A DNA stretch of 64,000 nt, taken from the IMG/VR virus record IMGVR_UViG_3300044641_006529, one strand, 5' to 3'. Positions 20,401 to 29,168 of this stretch are shown in pieces. The notes under the pieces are model-generated. The model saw only the letters and a program-made list of their open reading frames with translations, searched no databases and was not told where the DNA came from. The first letter of the stretch is position 1, and each line of letters opens with the position of its first letter. The translations under genes and the position numbers were made by a program. Origin of the DNA: an uncultured virus (IMG/VR IMGVR_UViG_3300044641_006529). Taxonomy: Duplodnaviria; Heunggongvirae; Uroviricota; Caudoviricetes.

Positions 20401-20524
20401 TGGTAATCAGTATGTTGAAAAAATTGGTATGTTTGATGGCGAAGAAGTGGAAATATCCGAACCAGCTAAACAAAACCATAATAACTTGTTCGTGCAAAAT
20501 CTTATCAATAAATTGAAGAAATGA
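14441..20524 (+). CDS. Large polyvalent protein with four ART-PolyVal-like ADP-ribosyltransferase modules plus DUF5824-like, Zn-ribbon and DUF5661-like segments
   Basis: Four VRT..FK.WFGDWE..KV....EP....(H/R)..QIKLADG-type units; KGIKTEMEH..AIAKDHL.E...YY; CELCG..VGSEC. Confidence 0.85.
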   Translation: MTKKTNDGKRGGNLVGKPHNDKNGNPVGGIKAVVSDAGGKPVELEGGEVIINKEASKKHWRELSRINQSAGNGVPINEPIDPHDHDPEDSYKDGGKIEFNANEVPNRWILSYAEKIRTKHPEIWDLGGNIFGNEAYKNLKRVAERGYWLDSEEWMYKKWRSFVARHKQDFRIAGVIAMLKWADKVDRGWSYMKDLIEAEIKKREDKKGFGGILGKAKDKIKSKAKETKRNIALDVIYDTKDKVKAKKDINSLRAASELVENKYSQGGGVVTYKNKFNKKYGFEPNESHSLAEIAKLTKLKLSALQDIYDKGIGAYKTNPQSVRPNVKSKEQWAMARVYSAVMGGKAAKVDANELERGKKYAKGGLIAPNGKQSNLTPEQYKLVRTKAFKDWFGDWENDPKNASKVVDENGEPLVVYRGMPKKRRVGNVFKYNVNLFGTKGVGGRQTNKFAFYFADKKEVAENYGENLSDDDGGYIVKPYFLNIRNLFEAFSKKNQHEIKFKELYDLANKTGKPIYLKNYKGEVETNSKGNPIQWKDQSSEWVNKYEHGDINSTFSYFADWSNKQGNQWFWRVYLETYLNYNGLVFYEVSQNADYDEVGNSIKPKYGDEYSKTYAVFKPTQIKLADGSNTTFNGSNPDIRFADGGEVYHLGGGMSKRLAPNGKPSNLTHEQWHLVRTPEFKAWFGDWENSPETASKVVDENGEPLVVYHATKNEFTVFEVGKNTIGTFGKGIYFANSKGYVSVYNRGEKQRILSVFLNITNPIIINNNEMPIGYERYSPERMNENKGISRDFTLKAKAENFNGVVASVGYKDIEYVVFEPNQIKLADGSNTTFDGSNPDIRYEQGGGLEFYERTYADGTKQKFTIKEYSDIVKNRELGKGMGGEVYHLVSKHLAPNGKPSNLTHEQWHLVRTPEFKAWFGDWEKLAYAKVKDAAMDEITLENLSKDISKVVDENGEPLVVYRGFNSKSDKGNVFGYGVNRFKHNRKANRFAHYFTKSKIVAHKYAEQGEKKNDTDIIVKAYFLNAKKPLDLTIKNPKYPKFDEWVKVRDSIFENSDYKLIEQLEKRQIPLHSYLFSSVISSNNENDLDELSRLKIKELNDKIQSQASEQMERYKSSEDIDLVNLVSLIGKTSLDDLLGSEYNSNEASSRRKVYEWFINQKSSDTLVVEDLDMILRNFILKNKYDGGVFKEWQFGIKTETDKEVYFVFESNQIKLADGSNTTFNGSNPDIRYDNGGVIYSAKQKVLSGEINSDDAAILIDENGFEVTDELYDELREAENIFRNKGRGLQVGDLVIVRGKHGLDNFEGNYRGTMPDGKLIVWTKSGSQIAISKDEIINSVSDKYSAGGEVKLNTYQQRINANLEQMGTPSSEWSAVPISGFADTDADGKIVTMPQFSFPQGYVKAPTLFPNNQSGNMNCELCGRMPIKNAFYIQNDKKKFTLLVGSECVTHFGEGASGKQNERSFKVARAIILDNDMIMLKRFLNDNFKTIVDIGYGRKNAKWKTFYTPSDETRDYFAEISKLKTLGVFDVLYDTKKANKYDNNDTIYTYYIHSIVPTFGYESIKKGGYGWSDEKIEKDLLTWYSRNEKLAISIYTAVEKLCKAFQIDFDENQYIYFKQYLDSNKMEFGGELAKGIKTEMEHSATINNFKRSNVSTEQVATAIAKDHLKENKKYYSRLSDVERKMKQGGNTFVARMDTPDGEQTRLTYFQQNIVRTKAFKDFFGDWETAAKNFIADGYRNFDVHYANVSKVINLQTLEPIVLFHGTNTDKEFYDFDVATEKQMGRPYAYFSYEEKYAENFMQYSQRNQAGVPLKYKAFINVRKPLYAVGEKFELKRENEDYWFDVVTDRMIFDILGNSPNQQKVDDYKNVFRTQIYGFLQRVFSGNKLPFWTAMARDTKSVFKRFLMTYKYDGIIYHEEISSIFDESDPSQYTKAVTVFNANDIKLADGRNLTFDPMKSDVRYADGGNINTTSVEVKPVSEIDALGKQLFGNQYVEKIGMFDGEEVEISEPAKQNHNNLFVQNLINKLKK
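16399..17205 (+). repeat. Near-identical ~100-bp direct repeats (16399-16500 and 17104-17205) at ART-module starts
   Basis: Shared CTTGCGCCAAATGGAAAGCC...GAATTTAAGGCGTGGTTTGGCGA; module ends also repeat near 16300-16357, 16900-16960 and 18070-18127. Confidence 0.85.
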
Positions 20525-22332
20525 GCAGACTATACGGGGCAGAGCGTGTAGCCCAAATAAGGGCAAAACTAAAAGAAAAATATCCGTACATTAAATTCTC
20601 TATTACAAAAGACGGATATAATGGCGTAAACATTCGTATCCTTGAAGCACCTATTGATTTTTCGGATGAAGAAAATCAACAAGCAAAAGCGGCTTTAAAA
20701 GATATTGAGGATATTGCAAGCGAGGGCGTTACATATCGTGAAACGGGAGATTATGGCAATCAACCCGATTTTTATGTTTGGGTAAGGGTTGGTACTTGGG
20801 ACAAGCCTTTTGTTTACAAGCCATCAGCAAGTCCTACTACAAGCGTAGGTGGTACAAAAAAGCCATTTACAAGAGGAACAACCAGCACCAACTACGACAA
20901 GGGAACGGTGGTTTTAGAGTGCAATAGCGGTTGGAAGGTTTACAAAAAAACATTGCCCGACAATAGGGTTGTATATAACGCTGTTAAAGACAAAGACGTA
21001 GCCTCAAATAAAGACGACTGGAACGCTATCAAAGGCGAAGTTTATGTAGAGGCTGGATTTAAGTGGGGACGTTTTGGAGCATTTGAACGATGGGGTGAAA
21101 TAGACGATAGCGTAGAAAGCATTGTGCTTAATGATTTGTGTGCTGTTTTCAAAAAATACTACAAAAAAACATCACAAATCACAGAACCAACAACAATACC
21201 AACAAAAGACGAATATGGGGAGTTTGTTTATGGTACAAACTGGAATGTTCCTAAAGAATATGGGCAACAATTAGTTGATGAATTTTATTTGACAAAAGAA
21301 AAGCCGTTTCTTGTAGCACAGACGGACGATATAAGAAATTTACAATATAGAGTTAGCTTTTCATTTGAGATAACGTCTGAACGAAAAAAAATATTTTATA
21401 TTAATGAACCAAATTTAGGGTATTCATTTTACATTAGCGACAAAGATGGCAAGTTTGAAGTGGGCAGAGTTGTTTTATTAGACCCCGATAGACCTCCTAC
21501 TATCAATAATTATTCTAATACAATATTTTATAATTTTATAAACTATTTTGAATTTGATAAGCCAGTAGAAATTACACAATTAAAAGAAGCAATTATTGAA
21601 GAAATATTAGATGGGCTTAAATATGAAAACAAATTAAAAGGTGAACCTATCGGTGGAGAAAATACCGCTTATCAAAATGTACCGCCCAATCCAAAACTTG
21701 AATACGTTAAAATTAATTGGGCAGAAGGGTTTGAGAGATATACAAGTCTGTTGCCTAAATCTTTCAATTCGTTTACAGCCGCTACTAAATTTATTGCAGA
21801 TAATATTGGAGAGATAGATGAATTGGGTTACGATAAACACGGTGTAGAATGGAAATGGACATTTGATGATACAGTATATTCGGATAGATGGGATATTGGA
21901 CAATCTTTAAACCCAAACACAATTTCTAACTTATGGGCTTATGGGTATTTGCAAAGATTATGTTTCGAAGCGTGGCGATTATCTTCAGTTTTTGACTATG
22001 TTAGAGCAAATGAATTTATTAAAAAAATAGGAAAAGATGGATTTGAATTAACTCCTAAACAGTTTGATGCAACCCTTCAAGATATTATTTCCTATTATCC
22101 TACTGATACTGGTCAGTTTGCATATAATTCTTCTGATGCTCGCTTATACGCATTTTTTGATGCCTACCCCGCGATATGGGAATTTTTTAAAGAACCTCAA
22201 CCACAGCAACCACAAGGCAATGTGGAACAAGAAACACGAAACCTCTTACGCTCCTTAGAATTGATAAGGGGCGATGGAACTAACCAAGAAATTGAACAAC
22301 TAATCAGAGCATTACGACTTATATTAAATTAA
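20521..22332 (+). CDS. Polyvalent protein with LPD29-like and LPD25-like domains
   Basis: IRAKLKEKYPYIKFSI at the N-terminus; VKINWAEG..SF..GYDK..YSDRWDIG internally. Confidence 0.6.
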   Translation: MSRLYGAERVAQIRAKLKEKYPYIKFSITKDGYNGVNIRILEAPIDFSDEENQQAKAALKDIEDIASEGVTYRETGDYGNQPDFYVWVRVGTWDKPFVYKPSASPTTSVGGTKKPFTRGTTSTNYDKGTVVLECNSGWKVYKKTLPDNRVVYNAVKDKDVASNKDDWNAIKGEVYVEAGFKWGRFGAFERWGEIDDSVESIVLNDLCAVFKKYYKKTSQITEPTTIPTKDEYGEFVYGTNWNVPKEYGQQLVDEFYLTKEKPFLVAQTDDIRNLQYRVSFSFEITSERKKIFYINEPNLGYSFYISDKDGKFEVGRVVLLDPDRPPTINNYSNTIFYNFINYFEFDKPVEITQLKEAIIEEILDGLKYENKLKGEPIGGENTAYQNVPPNPKLEYVKINWAEGFERYTSLLPKSFNSFTAATKFIADNIGEIDELGYDKHGVEWKWTFDDTVYSDRWDIGQSLNPNTISNLWAYGYLQRLCFEAWRLSSVFDYVRANEFIKKIGKDGFELTPKQFDATLQDIISYYPTDTGQFAYNSSDARLYAFFDAYPAIWEFFKEPQPQQPQGNVEQETRNLLRSLELIRGDGTNQEIEQLIRALRLILN

Positions 22333-22338
22333 AACCCG

Positions 22339-23829
22339 ATGGAAGAACTTTTATTAGATTTGGAGGCATTACGCTCGTCTATTTCCGACCCACGATTGAA
22401 TGATGAAATGCGTCAACGTATGCAGTTGCAAATTGAAAATGTAGAACAGCAAATACGTGAATTAGAAGCGCAACAGCAACAGCCAGCAGCCGCTACAACC
22501 CCAACTACACGCACAAGGCGTAAGCGCAGTAGTGCTGCACCACAAGTTCAAGATTCTGATAATGAATTTATGAATACATTGTTAGGCACTATTGAAACAC
22601 TATTAACGTCTAATGTTGGCAGCGGAATAGACACCCCCCAAGTGCGTAACATAATTCAAAATTATTTACGTACCGACAAGGTTAAGCTATCCGAACTGGA
22701 TAAATCTATTTTGGACGAGATAAAGAAAAATCAAATCCAACAACTACAAATACCCAATTTTAGCCAACCGATTCAAGTTAGTTCAGTCGTTTCTAAAATC
22801 CCGAACTTCTATGAGATTATTGACGATGTTTTAGCTGGAAACAATGTGTACCTAATTGGTGAGGCTGGGGGCGGTAAAACATACACGGCAGAAATGATTG
22901 CAAAGACATTGAAGCGAGAATATGTTACAATAAATTGCTCACAATATACAAGCCCATTGGAGATTTTAGGTGGTCAATCGGTAGAGGGATTTAAGCAAGG
23001 TAAACTTATTGATTGCTGGAGAAATGGTAAAATCCTAATCTTGGACGAAATGCCCAAACTGGATAGCAATACCGCTGGTTTATTCAACGATGCTTTAGCA
23101 AAAAGCAGTAAAACACGTCCAAGCGAAGCCGCTCTTATTAACTCAGCAAATGCAGAAGAACCACCAATTATGCGTAATAGCGACTTTGGTGTGATTGCAA
23201 CTGGTAACATTTATCCTAACGAACCACCAGCACCGCAATATCGTGGTAACAACCAGCAAGACTTGTCGTTGCTTGACCGTTTTTCGGGTAGTGTTTACTA
23301 TACAGAGTTTGACGGAAACACAGACGAAAACACCACACGCTTTAAGTTTTTATATGACTTTTTAGTAGGTAACTACTATCAATATATTCAAGCTAAAGCA
23401 TCGGGTTCATCGTTGCCTACGCCAACTGGTTTACGTACCATTATTGAACACAGAGGGATGAAAAACTTAGCGTTGGTCAGTTATCGTACTAACATTTCAT
23501 TCCGTGTTGGATTTGAGTACGAACTGGTACGTGAAATAGCAAGGCGACAAGGGGTAAACATAGACATAATTGGTAAAACGTTACTTAAAACGTTTAAAAG
23601 CTATATGGTTGCTTTCCGAAGCAATATGACGGTTTACAACGACCTTATAAATGAAACTGGATATACAGACGCTTACATTCAAAATTTAGCTGCAACCTCA
23701 ATTGATAGCATTTTAACTGGAGCAGACGGATTTTTAGATAGTCTTAACCCCAAAGTGCGAGAAAACGCAGACCCAATTTATCGTAGATACAGCGATTTTT
23801 ATGTGGCGCAATCTGTAAATGTCAAGTAA
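22339..23829 (+). CDS. MoxR/CobS-type AAA+ ATPase
   Basis: GEAGGGKT, LILDE, ATGN and LLDRF motifs. Confidence 0.88.
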   Translation: MEELLLDLEALRSSISDPRLNDEMRQRMQLQIENVEQQIRELEAQQQQPAAATTPTTRTRRKRSSAAPQVQDSDNEFMNTLLGTIETLLTSNVGSGIDTPQVRNIIQNYLRTDKVKLSELDKSILDEIKKNQIQQLQIPNFSQPIQVSSVVSKIPNFYEIIDDVLAGNNVYLIGEAGGGKTYTAEMIAKTLKREYVTINCSQYTSPLEILGGQSVEGFKQGKLIDCWRNGKILILDEMPKLDSNTAGLFNDALAKSSKTRPSEAALINSANAEEPPIMRNSDFGVIATGNIYPNEPPAPQYRGNNQQDLSLLDRFSGSVYYTEFDGNTDENTTRFKFLYDFLVGNYYQYIQAKASGSSLPTPTGLRTIIEHRGMKNLALVSYRTNISFRVGFEYELVREIARRQGVNIDIIGKTLLKTFKSYMVAFRSNMTVYNDLINETGYTDAYIQNLAATSIDSILTGADGFLDSLNPKVRENADPIYRRYSDFYVAQSVNVK

Positions 23830-23837
23830 GCCGTAAA

Positions 23838-25097
23838 ATGTTTCAGCAAAGGGATTTAGACGCAAATAATACAGCTTTCTATTTTAATTCATTAACGGAT
23901 ATTATAAATTTCGTCAATGATACTACACCTATTGCAACTGGAAATGCAAGGCGGGTTTTGCAGAGGCTTAATAGCGATGCGTATGTTAGGGATAACATAC
24001 GCGATGTTACGTGGTATGGAACAACTGATATTAATAAAGTTAGAAACCCAACTACCTTTTTATTTGAAAATGAATTAGAGAGGCAATTGGACGTTTTGCG
24101 AAGTCGGACTTATACAATAGAAGCACAAGATTTAGACCAAAACAAGCAAATAAAATTTACCGAAAAAGAAATAGGTATATTTTCGTTTGATTTAGCCTCT
24201 TTGGGATTAATACCAGTTTATGAATTTTACAGCCCTATTTTAAACAAAGTAGTATCGGGAAATGTAATTTTCAGCGAAAAAAACCAGCAAGGAGTTTTAA
24301 TATTTTATCATAAACAGCAAGATGAAATACCCAAACACCAAGTTGAATACAATTTAGGTATGGCTGGTTATTATAGCCCAATATTAAAGCGGGTAGTGGA
24401 CAAAAGTGAATTAGTAGAAACCGCAGATTTAAAATTAATATTTCCTTTCAAAGATGGAGTAGAACAACATATTGTTGAGCGTAGGCACAAATTGGATGCT
24501 AATGAAAACAAAATGTTTACTACAACATTTAAAAAGTCCTTTATTGAAATACCAAAAGTTGAAAAGCCAATGCCGCGAATTGATTTATTGATTGGCACTA
24601 ATTTTTCATCGAGTACAAGCGCAACAACGGAAATGATGTTTAATTCACTACCCGCAATTGCTCTTGCCGAAAAACTAACAACTTTGGGAATACCGTTTAG
24701 AATAATTGCTTGTTATGGTGGGGAAAGAACCAACAAAAACATATTTGGGTTTACATCACTTAAAAGAGAAGGTGAAATATTTAATAAGAATCAATTATCC
24801 ATCAATTTATCTGATGGTAGATATATTAGAGGTACACGCTTTAAAGCGGCAATTTGTATGCAGTTTTTAGGTGGCGTTAATGATAGGTATATTGATACGG
24901 ATATTAGCATACCTATTACTGACCCACAACGAATTAAAAATGCGTACATAAATTTTTTAGAAACATCAGACAATCCCGAAGATATACGTTCATCCGAAAA
25001 TCCACGCACTAAAATAGCCATTTCGGGTTCGTTAAGCCAAGCGCAAGCCCAAGCGGAATATGAAAGAATAATTCAAGAAATATCACGTATAATATGA
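23838..25097 (+). CDS. Probable vWA-like partner of the AAA+ ATPase
   Basis: Position directly after the MoxR-type ATPase; degenerate strand-loop IDLLIGTNFSSS followed by alpha/beta pattern. Confidence 0.5.
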   Translation: MFQQRDLDANNTAFYFNSLTDIINFVNDTTPIATGNARRVLQRLNSDAYVRDNIRDVTWYGTTDINKVRNPTTFLFENELERQLDVLRSRTYTIEAQDLDQNKQIKFTEKEIGIFSFDLASLGLIPVYEFYSPILNKVVSGNVIFSEKNQQGVLIFYHKQQDEIPKHQVEYNLGMAGYYSPILKRVVDKSELVETADLKLIFPFKDGVEQHIVERRHKLDANENKMFTTTFKKSFIEIPKVEKPMPRIDLLIGTNFSSSTSATTEMMFNSLPAIALAEKLTTLGIPFRIIACYGGERTNKNIFGFTSLKREGEIFNKNQLSINLSDGRYIRGTRFKAAICMQFLGGVNDRYIDTDISIPITDPQRIKNAYINFLETSDNPEDIRSSENPRTKIAISGSLSQAQAQAEYERIIQEISRII

Positions 25098-25396
25098 CAC
25101 CAGCACAAATAGAAACCATAAAATTACAAAAGGAGTTATTTGCCGAATCGTGCAAAGGGTATAACAACTTTATGTCCAGCGACAGCAGTTTTGGTATTTA
25201 CAAAAGTGTTAACGAGGACGATGATAACATAACATTGATAATTACTACCGTAGATGGTATAAGCGACTTTGACCAGCCGTATTTTCGTACAACTAATTTA
25301 TTGGTTCAACCTAATGGTAATTTAGTAAATTTGGTAGATTTTTATTCTGAAAAAGAAGTGCTTGAATACGTAGCAAAACTTAAAAAACTGGTATAA
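25094..25396 (+). CDS. Hypothetical protein
   Basis: Overlapping start and stop codons with both neighbours. Confidence 0.65.
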   Translation: MTPAQIETIKLQKELFAESCKGYNNFMSSDSSFGIYKSVNEDDDNITLIITTVDGISDFDQPYFRTTNLLVQPNGNLVNLVDFYSEKEVLEYVAKLKKLV

Positions 25397-26469
25397 TGGG
25401 GGCTTTATTAACAGCACTTGATGTAAACGAATCTGCACAAGATAAACTTAGCACAGCTACATTCCAAGCTGAGAAGCTGATTATTGGGCTAATGAATATA
25501 TATCAAAACCTCCCCAGTAATAATAACAAAAAAGAATTATTAGCTAATACTATTGCGGAAACAACAAGAATGATGCTGTTAAAGGTTCGGCAAGAATTAG
25601 AAATGCCTAATCAAACTACGCCTACTCAAACTCAACCACAGCCAACCAACGAAGTCGAAAGGTCAATATATATAGATGGTGAGTTTTTTCAAAATTATGA
25701 GGGTGAATTTGGATATATTGATATTTTAACGCAAAGGTTTGGCTCAACTAAATATTTAAGCCGTGAAACAGAATTGCCAAACGGAGATTATAGACTTGAC
25801 ATTATTAGTGGAGAGGTTTTTATATATGGGCAAAAAACGCCCTTACGTAATAGGATTCCTAAAACTTATGGGACAGATTTAATGTTTGAATTGTTTTTGC
25901 TTGATTATCAAATTGTAATTAGAAAAGATGCTGGCGCACTCAGTTTGATTTTAACAAGCAACATAATTTCAAATACATATTTAATTAAAGAAGCTGCAAA
26001 GCGTATTTCCTTTAAATTGTATGATTATTATACATTGGAAGGTTTTGCTTATCCAAACTATGTAAGTCCGTCTATGGATGATATACTTGAACCTAAAGCT
26101 ATTGCCGAAGAAATTGATATGTTTATAAAACAATACGAACAAGGCACACTAACATCAACGGCAGCAACACCTACACCAGCGGCAATAACGCATACGCCAC
26201 CGCCACCAGTTCAACCCCCAGCGGTAACACCACCTATGCCACCAGTTACAATGCCTACTCCAACAGCACCACCCATCACGGACACGCACACGGGGAATAC
26301 TGGTTTTTATGACGAAGAAAACTACGAAACGTGGTCAACTACGCAATTGCAAACAGAAATTGAAGATATTAGAGGCGCACTTGAACTATTTGAACCAAGT
26401 GAACCCGAATATCAAGAACTATCATACAGACTTGATATAATTGAACAAATACTTGAAAATCGAAATTAA
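25396..26469 (+). CDS. Hypothetical protein with Pro/Thr-rich linkers
   Basis: Long coupled ORF. Confidence 0.7.
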   Translation: MGALLTALDVNESAQDKLSTATFQAEKLIIGLMNIYQNLPSNNNKKELLANTIAETTRMMLLKVRQELEMPNQTTPTQTQPQPTNEVERSIYIDGEFFQNYEGEFGYIDILTQRFGSTKYLSRETELPNGDYRLDIISGEVFIYGQKTPLRNRIPKTYGTDLMFELFLLDYQIVIRKDAGALSLILTSNIISNTYLIKEAAKRISFKLYDYYTLEGFAYPNYVSPSMDDILEPKAIAEEIDMFIKQYEQGTLTSTAATPTPAAITHTPPPPVQPPAVTPPMPPVTMPTPTAPPITDTHTGNTGFYDEENYETWSTTQLQTEIEDIRGALELFEPSEPEYQELSYRLDIIEQILENRN

Positions 26470-26471
26470 AA

Positions 26472-29159
26472 ATGGCGACACAAAATACTAAGCCCGTATC
26501 CCAAGCGGTAGAAAATAAGACAGAAGCTATTGCTGCATTGGAGCGCAAGATAGCAGAAGCTAAAAGCGAGATAGCGAAAAAAGCCCTAAAAGAGAAGCTG
26601 GAACGCCTAAAACAAGAGGCGCAAGATAGTGATGTAGAGGCTAATAAATTAGCTGTCGTATTACTTAAACAGCGTAAAAAGATTAAAGAGTTGGCACAGA
26701 AAGATTTTGATGCGCTAATTAGACGTTTGGCAAATAAGCCTCAGTATTCATTCCTCAAAAATTACACACGGGATGAAATTGTACGTGATATGAGCCGCAA
26801 AGCAAAACCAGTTGGATGGCGTTTTAAGGGCAAAAACAACTATAAAATACCCAGCAAAAAACAAGTTACCGAAGGGGTTAAGAAGGGCAATGTGTATTAC
26901 GAAAATCGTCCTAAACAATCCGATGTTAGCTTCCCAGCGCAGTTAGGCAAAGGCGGTGGTATTAATATGAACAATAATTGTATAGTAGCGATTGTTCAAA
27001 TGGTAGATAAAATCAATGAGGTAAGAGATTATTACATTTACGATAACAAACTTATAATAATTTTACAAGACGAATTAATGGTGTATGCTGTTGAAATGGC
27101 TAACGCAAATTTATCTAAAATAAAAGGCTGTTCAGAAGTCGTAGATGGCGAGTTTGAAATTGGATATGATGAAAATTACCAAACATTGATTTTGCCTCTA
27201 AAAACCGATAACGTTTCAGTTGGAAAATTTAACAAAGGCGGTGGGGTTGATTTAACAAAAAATGATATTGAAATATTAGGAGTGCCGAGAAGCCGAATTA
27301 CTGAAAAAGAATGGCAATCTATTTTAAGAATGGCTAAATATCAGAATGGCGCAACATTTATTCTTAAAGACGATAGAGGAATAGACGTTAAACCACAAGT
27401 TGAATACGAATGGTATATAAAAGAAAAATATGCAAATGGCGGTGGGGTTGGTTATGACTATTATCCTCAATACGATATAAACGAAGAAGGTAATTTTGCA
27501 GCAACTATTGGCGGTAAAAACTACGAAATAATTTATCGGGATGATGTAAGCCAAATGTATGACTTGTTTCAAGACGGCAATATGATTGCAAGTGATACTT
27601 ACATTCGCAACCTAATGAGTTTTGATAAATATGACACGGACGATATGCCAGTAATTCGCACCCAGTTTGAGGAAGATTATTTTGAATATGGCGATGGTGG
27701 TAATATTCCATACGTGGTTTGGACATCAAAAGACGGCAACACAAGGCAGCTATACAAAACATACAAATCAATGAAAGCAGCTAAAATTGCTGCAAAAAAA
27801 TTAATTACGAGTGGCGATTATGAAGAAGTAGGAACAAAGCCTAAAACCTCTTATGAAAAAAACGGTTTTTATGCTGATGGTGGCGAAATTGACACGGACG
27901 ATAAAGTTTGGAAAGTTTATTCACTTGGTAGTCGTTGGCAAATAGGCAAATCAGATGGAACTATGTTTGGTAGTTTTTCAAGTAAAGATGAAGCAGAAAT
28001 GGAGGCGTTTCAAAAAAATATGCACATTTCTAATATTTATCCTTATTTCGCCAAAGGCGGTAAAGTGAAGCCAAAAATGGTTCGTTCCCAGTTTGAGGAA
28101 GAAGAATTTGAGTATGGGGGTGGCGGTTCAATTGATGATGTTTTTAATGAACAAGATTTTGATTCTCTAAAAAAGGGTGATGAAATAACAATTACCTACG
28201 AATCGGGAATTTCTCGCAGCAACAACGTTGAGTTGAAGGTGCAAAGCAAAACAACGGTTGGGAAAGGCAAATCATATCAATCTGAAAAAATAACTTTCAT
28301 TAACAAAGCAAATCCGACTGGCGTAAGATATTATGCCTATAAAAGAGTAAACGGAAATATTGGGTTTGCAATTGGAGATATGGCAATTTGGGGCGTTAAG
28401 CAGCAAAATAATTATGGCAAAGGCGGGGTAATTAAATATTACGATGAATCCAATGCTTACAGATTAGGTTCTCCAGCATCAATGCCAAAAAATTTACAAG
28501 CAAAAATTAGTTATGATTTGTTGCGACCATACTTTGCTGGAAATTTCGGTTGGAAGTATGATAAAAAAATGCACGATGGCTATTTGTTTAACCTTGACGA
28601 TTACGATAAAGAGTTTATTGCTAATCAAAACATTAAGCTAAAACAAGGCGAAAAAATATACCGATATACAAACGAAAGGGCAGCAATAGGTGGATACGTT
28701 TTCTTTATCAAAATAAACTGCGACAAAGAACTAATTTACTTTATGCGAATAGCTGACTTTGGCGATGAATCTATTGAGTTTGACACCAAAGGCATCAAGC
28801 CAACATTCCTAAACCTTATCAAAAACGAAGGGGGAAAAAGCTATGGCGATGGTGGTGAGGTAGATTTTGATAATATTGATATGCCAATTATTCGCACTCA
28901 GTTTGAAGAAGAATATTTTGAGTATGCCAAAGGCGGTAATGCTGGAGAGCCACACAGAAAAGAACAAATGGGTAAAGGTGGTGGTGTTTCTACAAAATTC
29001 AATTATATAATTGTCCTTATTAAAAACGAGGGCGAAGAAAACGAAGAAACATTTACTGTTGCTCAATTTGTAGCTCAAGGTGATGCTTTTATTGCCGCAC
29101 GCGCTTTAAGCGATAGCCATTATAAAAGCAATATCAAATACCGTGTACTCTATAAATAA
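26472..29159 (+). CDS. Polyvalent protein of small domains separated by [FYM]xxGG motifs
   Basis: Eleven xxxGG junctions; three copies of R(T/S)QFEE..FEY..GG. Confidence 0.8.
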   Translation: MATQNTKPVSQAVENKTEAIAALERKIAEAKSEIAKKALKEKLERLKQEAQDSDVEANKLAVVLLKQRKKIKELAQKDFDALIRRLANKPQYSFLKNYTRDEIVRDMSRKAKPVGWRFKGKNNYKIPSKKQVTEGVKKGNVYYENRPKQSDVSFPAQLGKGGGINMNNNCIVAIVQMVDKINEVRDYYIYDNKLIIILQDELMVYAVEMANANLSKIKGCSEVVDGEFEIGYDENYQTLILPLKTDNVSVGKFNKGGGVDLTKNDIEILGVPRSRITEKEWQSILRMAKYQNGATFILKDDRGIDVKPQVEYEWYIKEKYANGGGVGYDYYPQYDINEEGNFAATIGGKNYEIIYRDDVSQMYDLFQDGNMIASDTYIRNLMSFDKYDTDDMPVIRTQFEEDYFEYGDGGNIPYVVWTSKDGNTRQLYKTYKSMKAAKIAAKKLITSGDYEEVGTKPKTSYEKNGFYADGGEIDTDDKVWKVYSLGSRWQIGKSDGTMFGSFSSKDEAEMEAFQKNMHISNIYPYFAKGGKVKPKMVRSQFEEEEFEYGGGGSIDDVFNEQDFDSLKKGDEITITYESGISRSNNVELKVQSKTTVGKGKSYQSEKITFINKANPTGVRYYAYKRVNGNIGFAIGDMAIWGVKQQNNYGKGGVIKYYDESNAYRLGSPASMPKNLQAKISYDLLRPYFAGNFGWKYDKKMHDGYLFNLDDYDKEFIANQNIKLKQGEKIYRYTNERAAIGGYVFFIKINCDKELIYFMRIADFGDESIEFDTKGIKPTFLNLIKNEGGKSYGDGGEVDFDNIDMPIIRTQFEEEYFEYAKGGNAGEPHRKEQMGKGGGVSTKFNYIIVLIKNEGEENEETFTVAQFVAQGDAFIAARALSDSHYKSNIKYRVLYK

Positions 29160-29168
29160 TTAATTACT

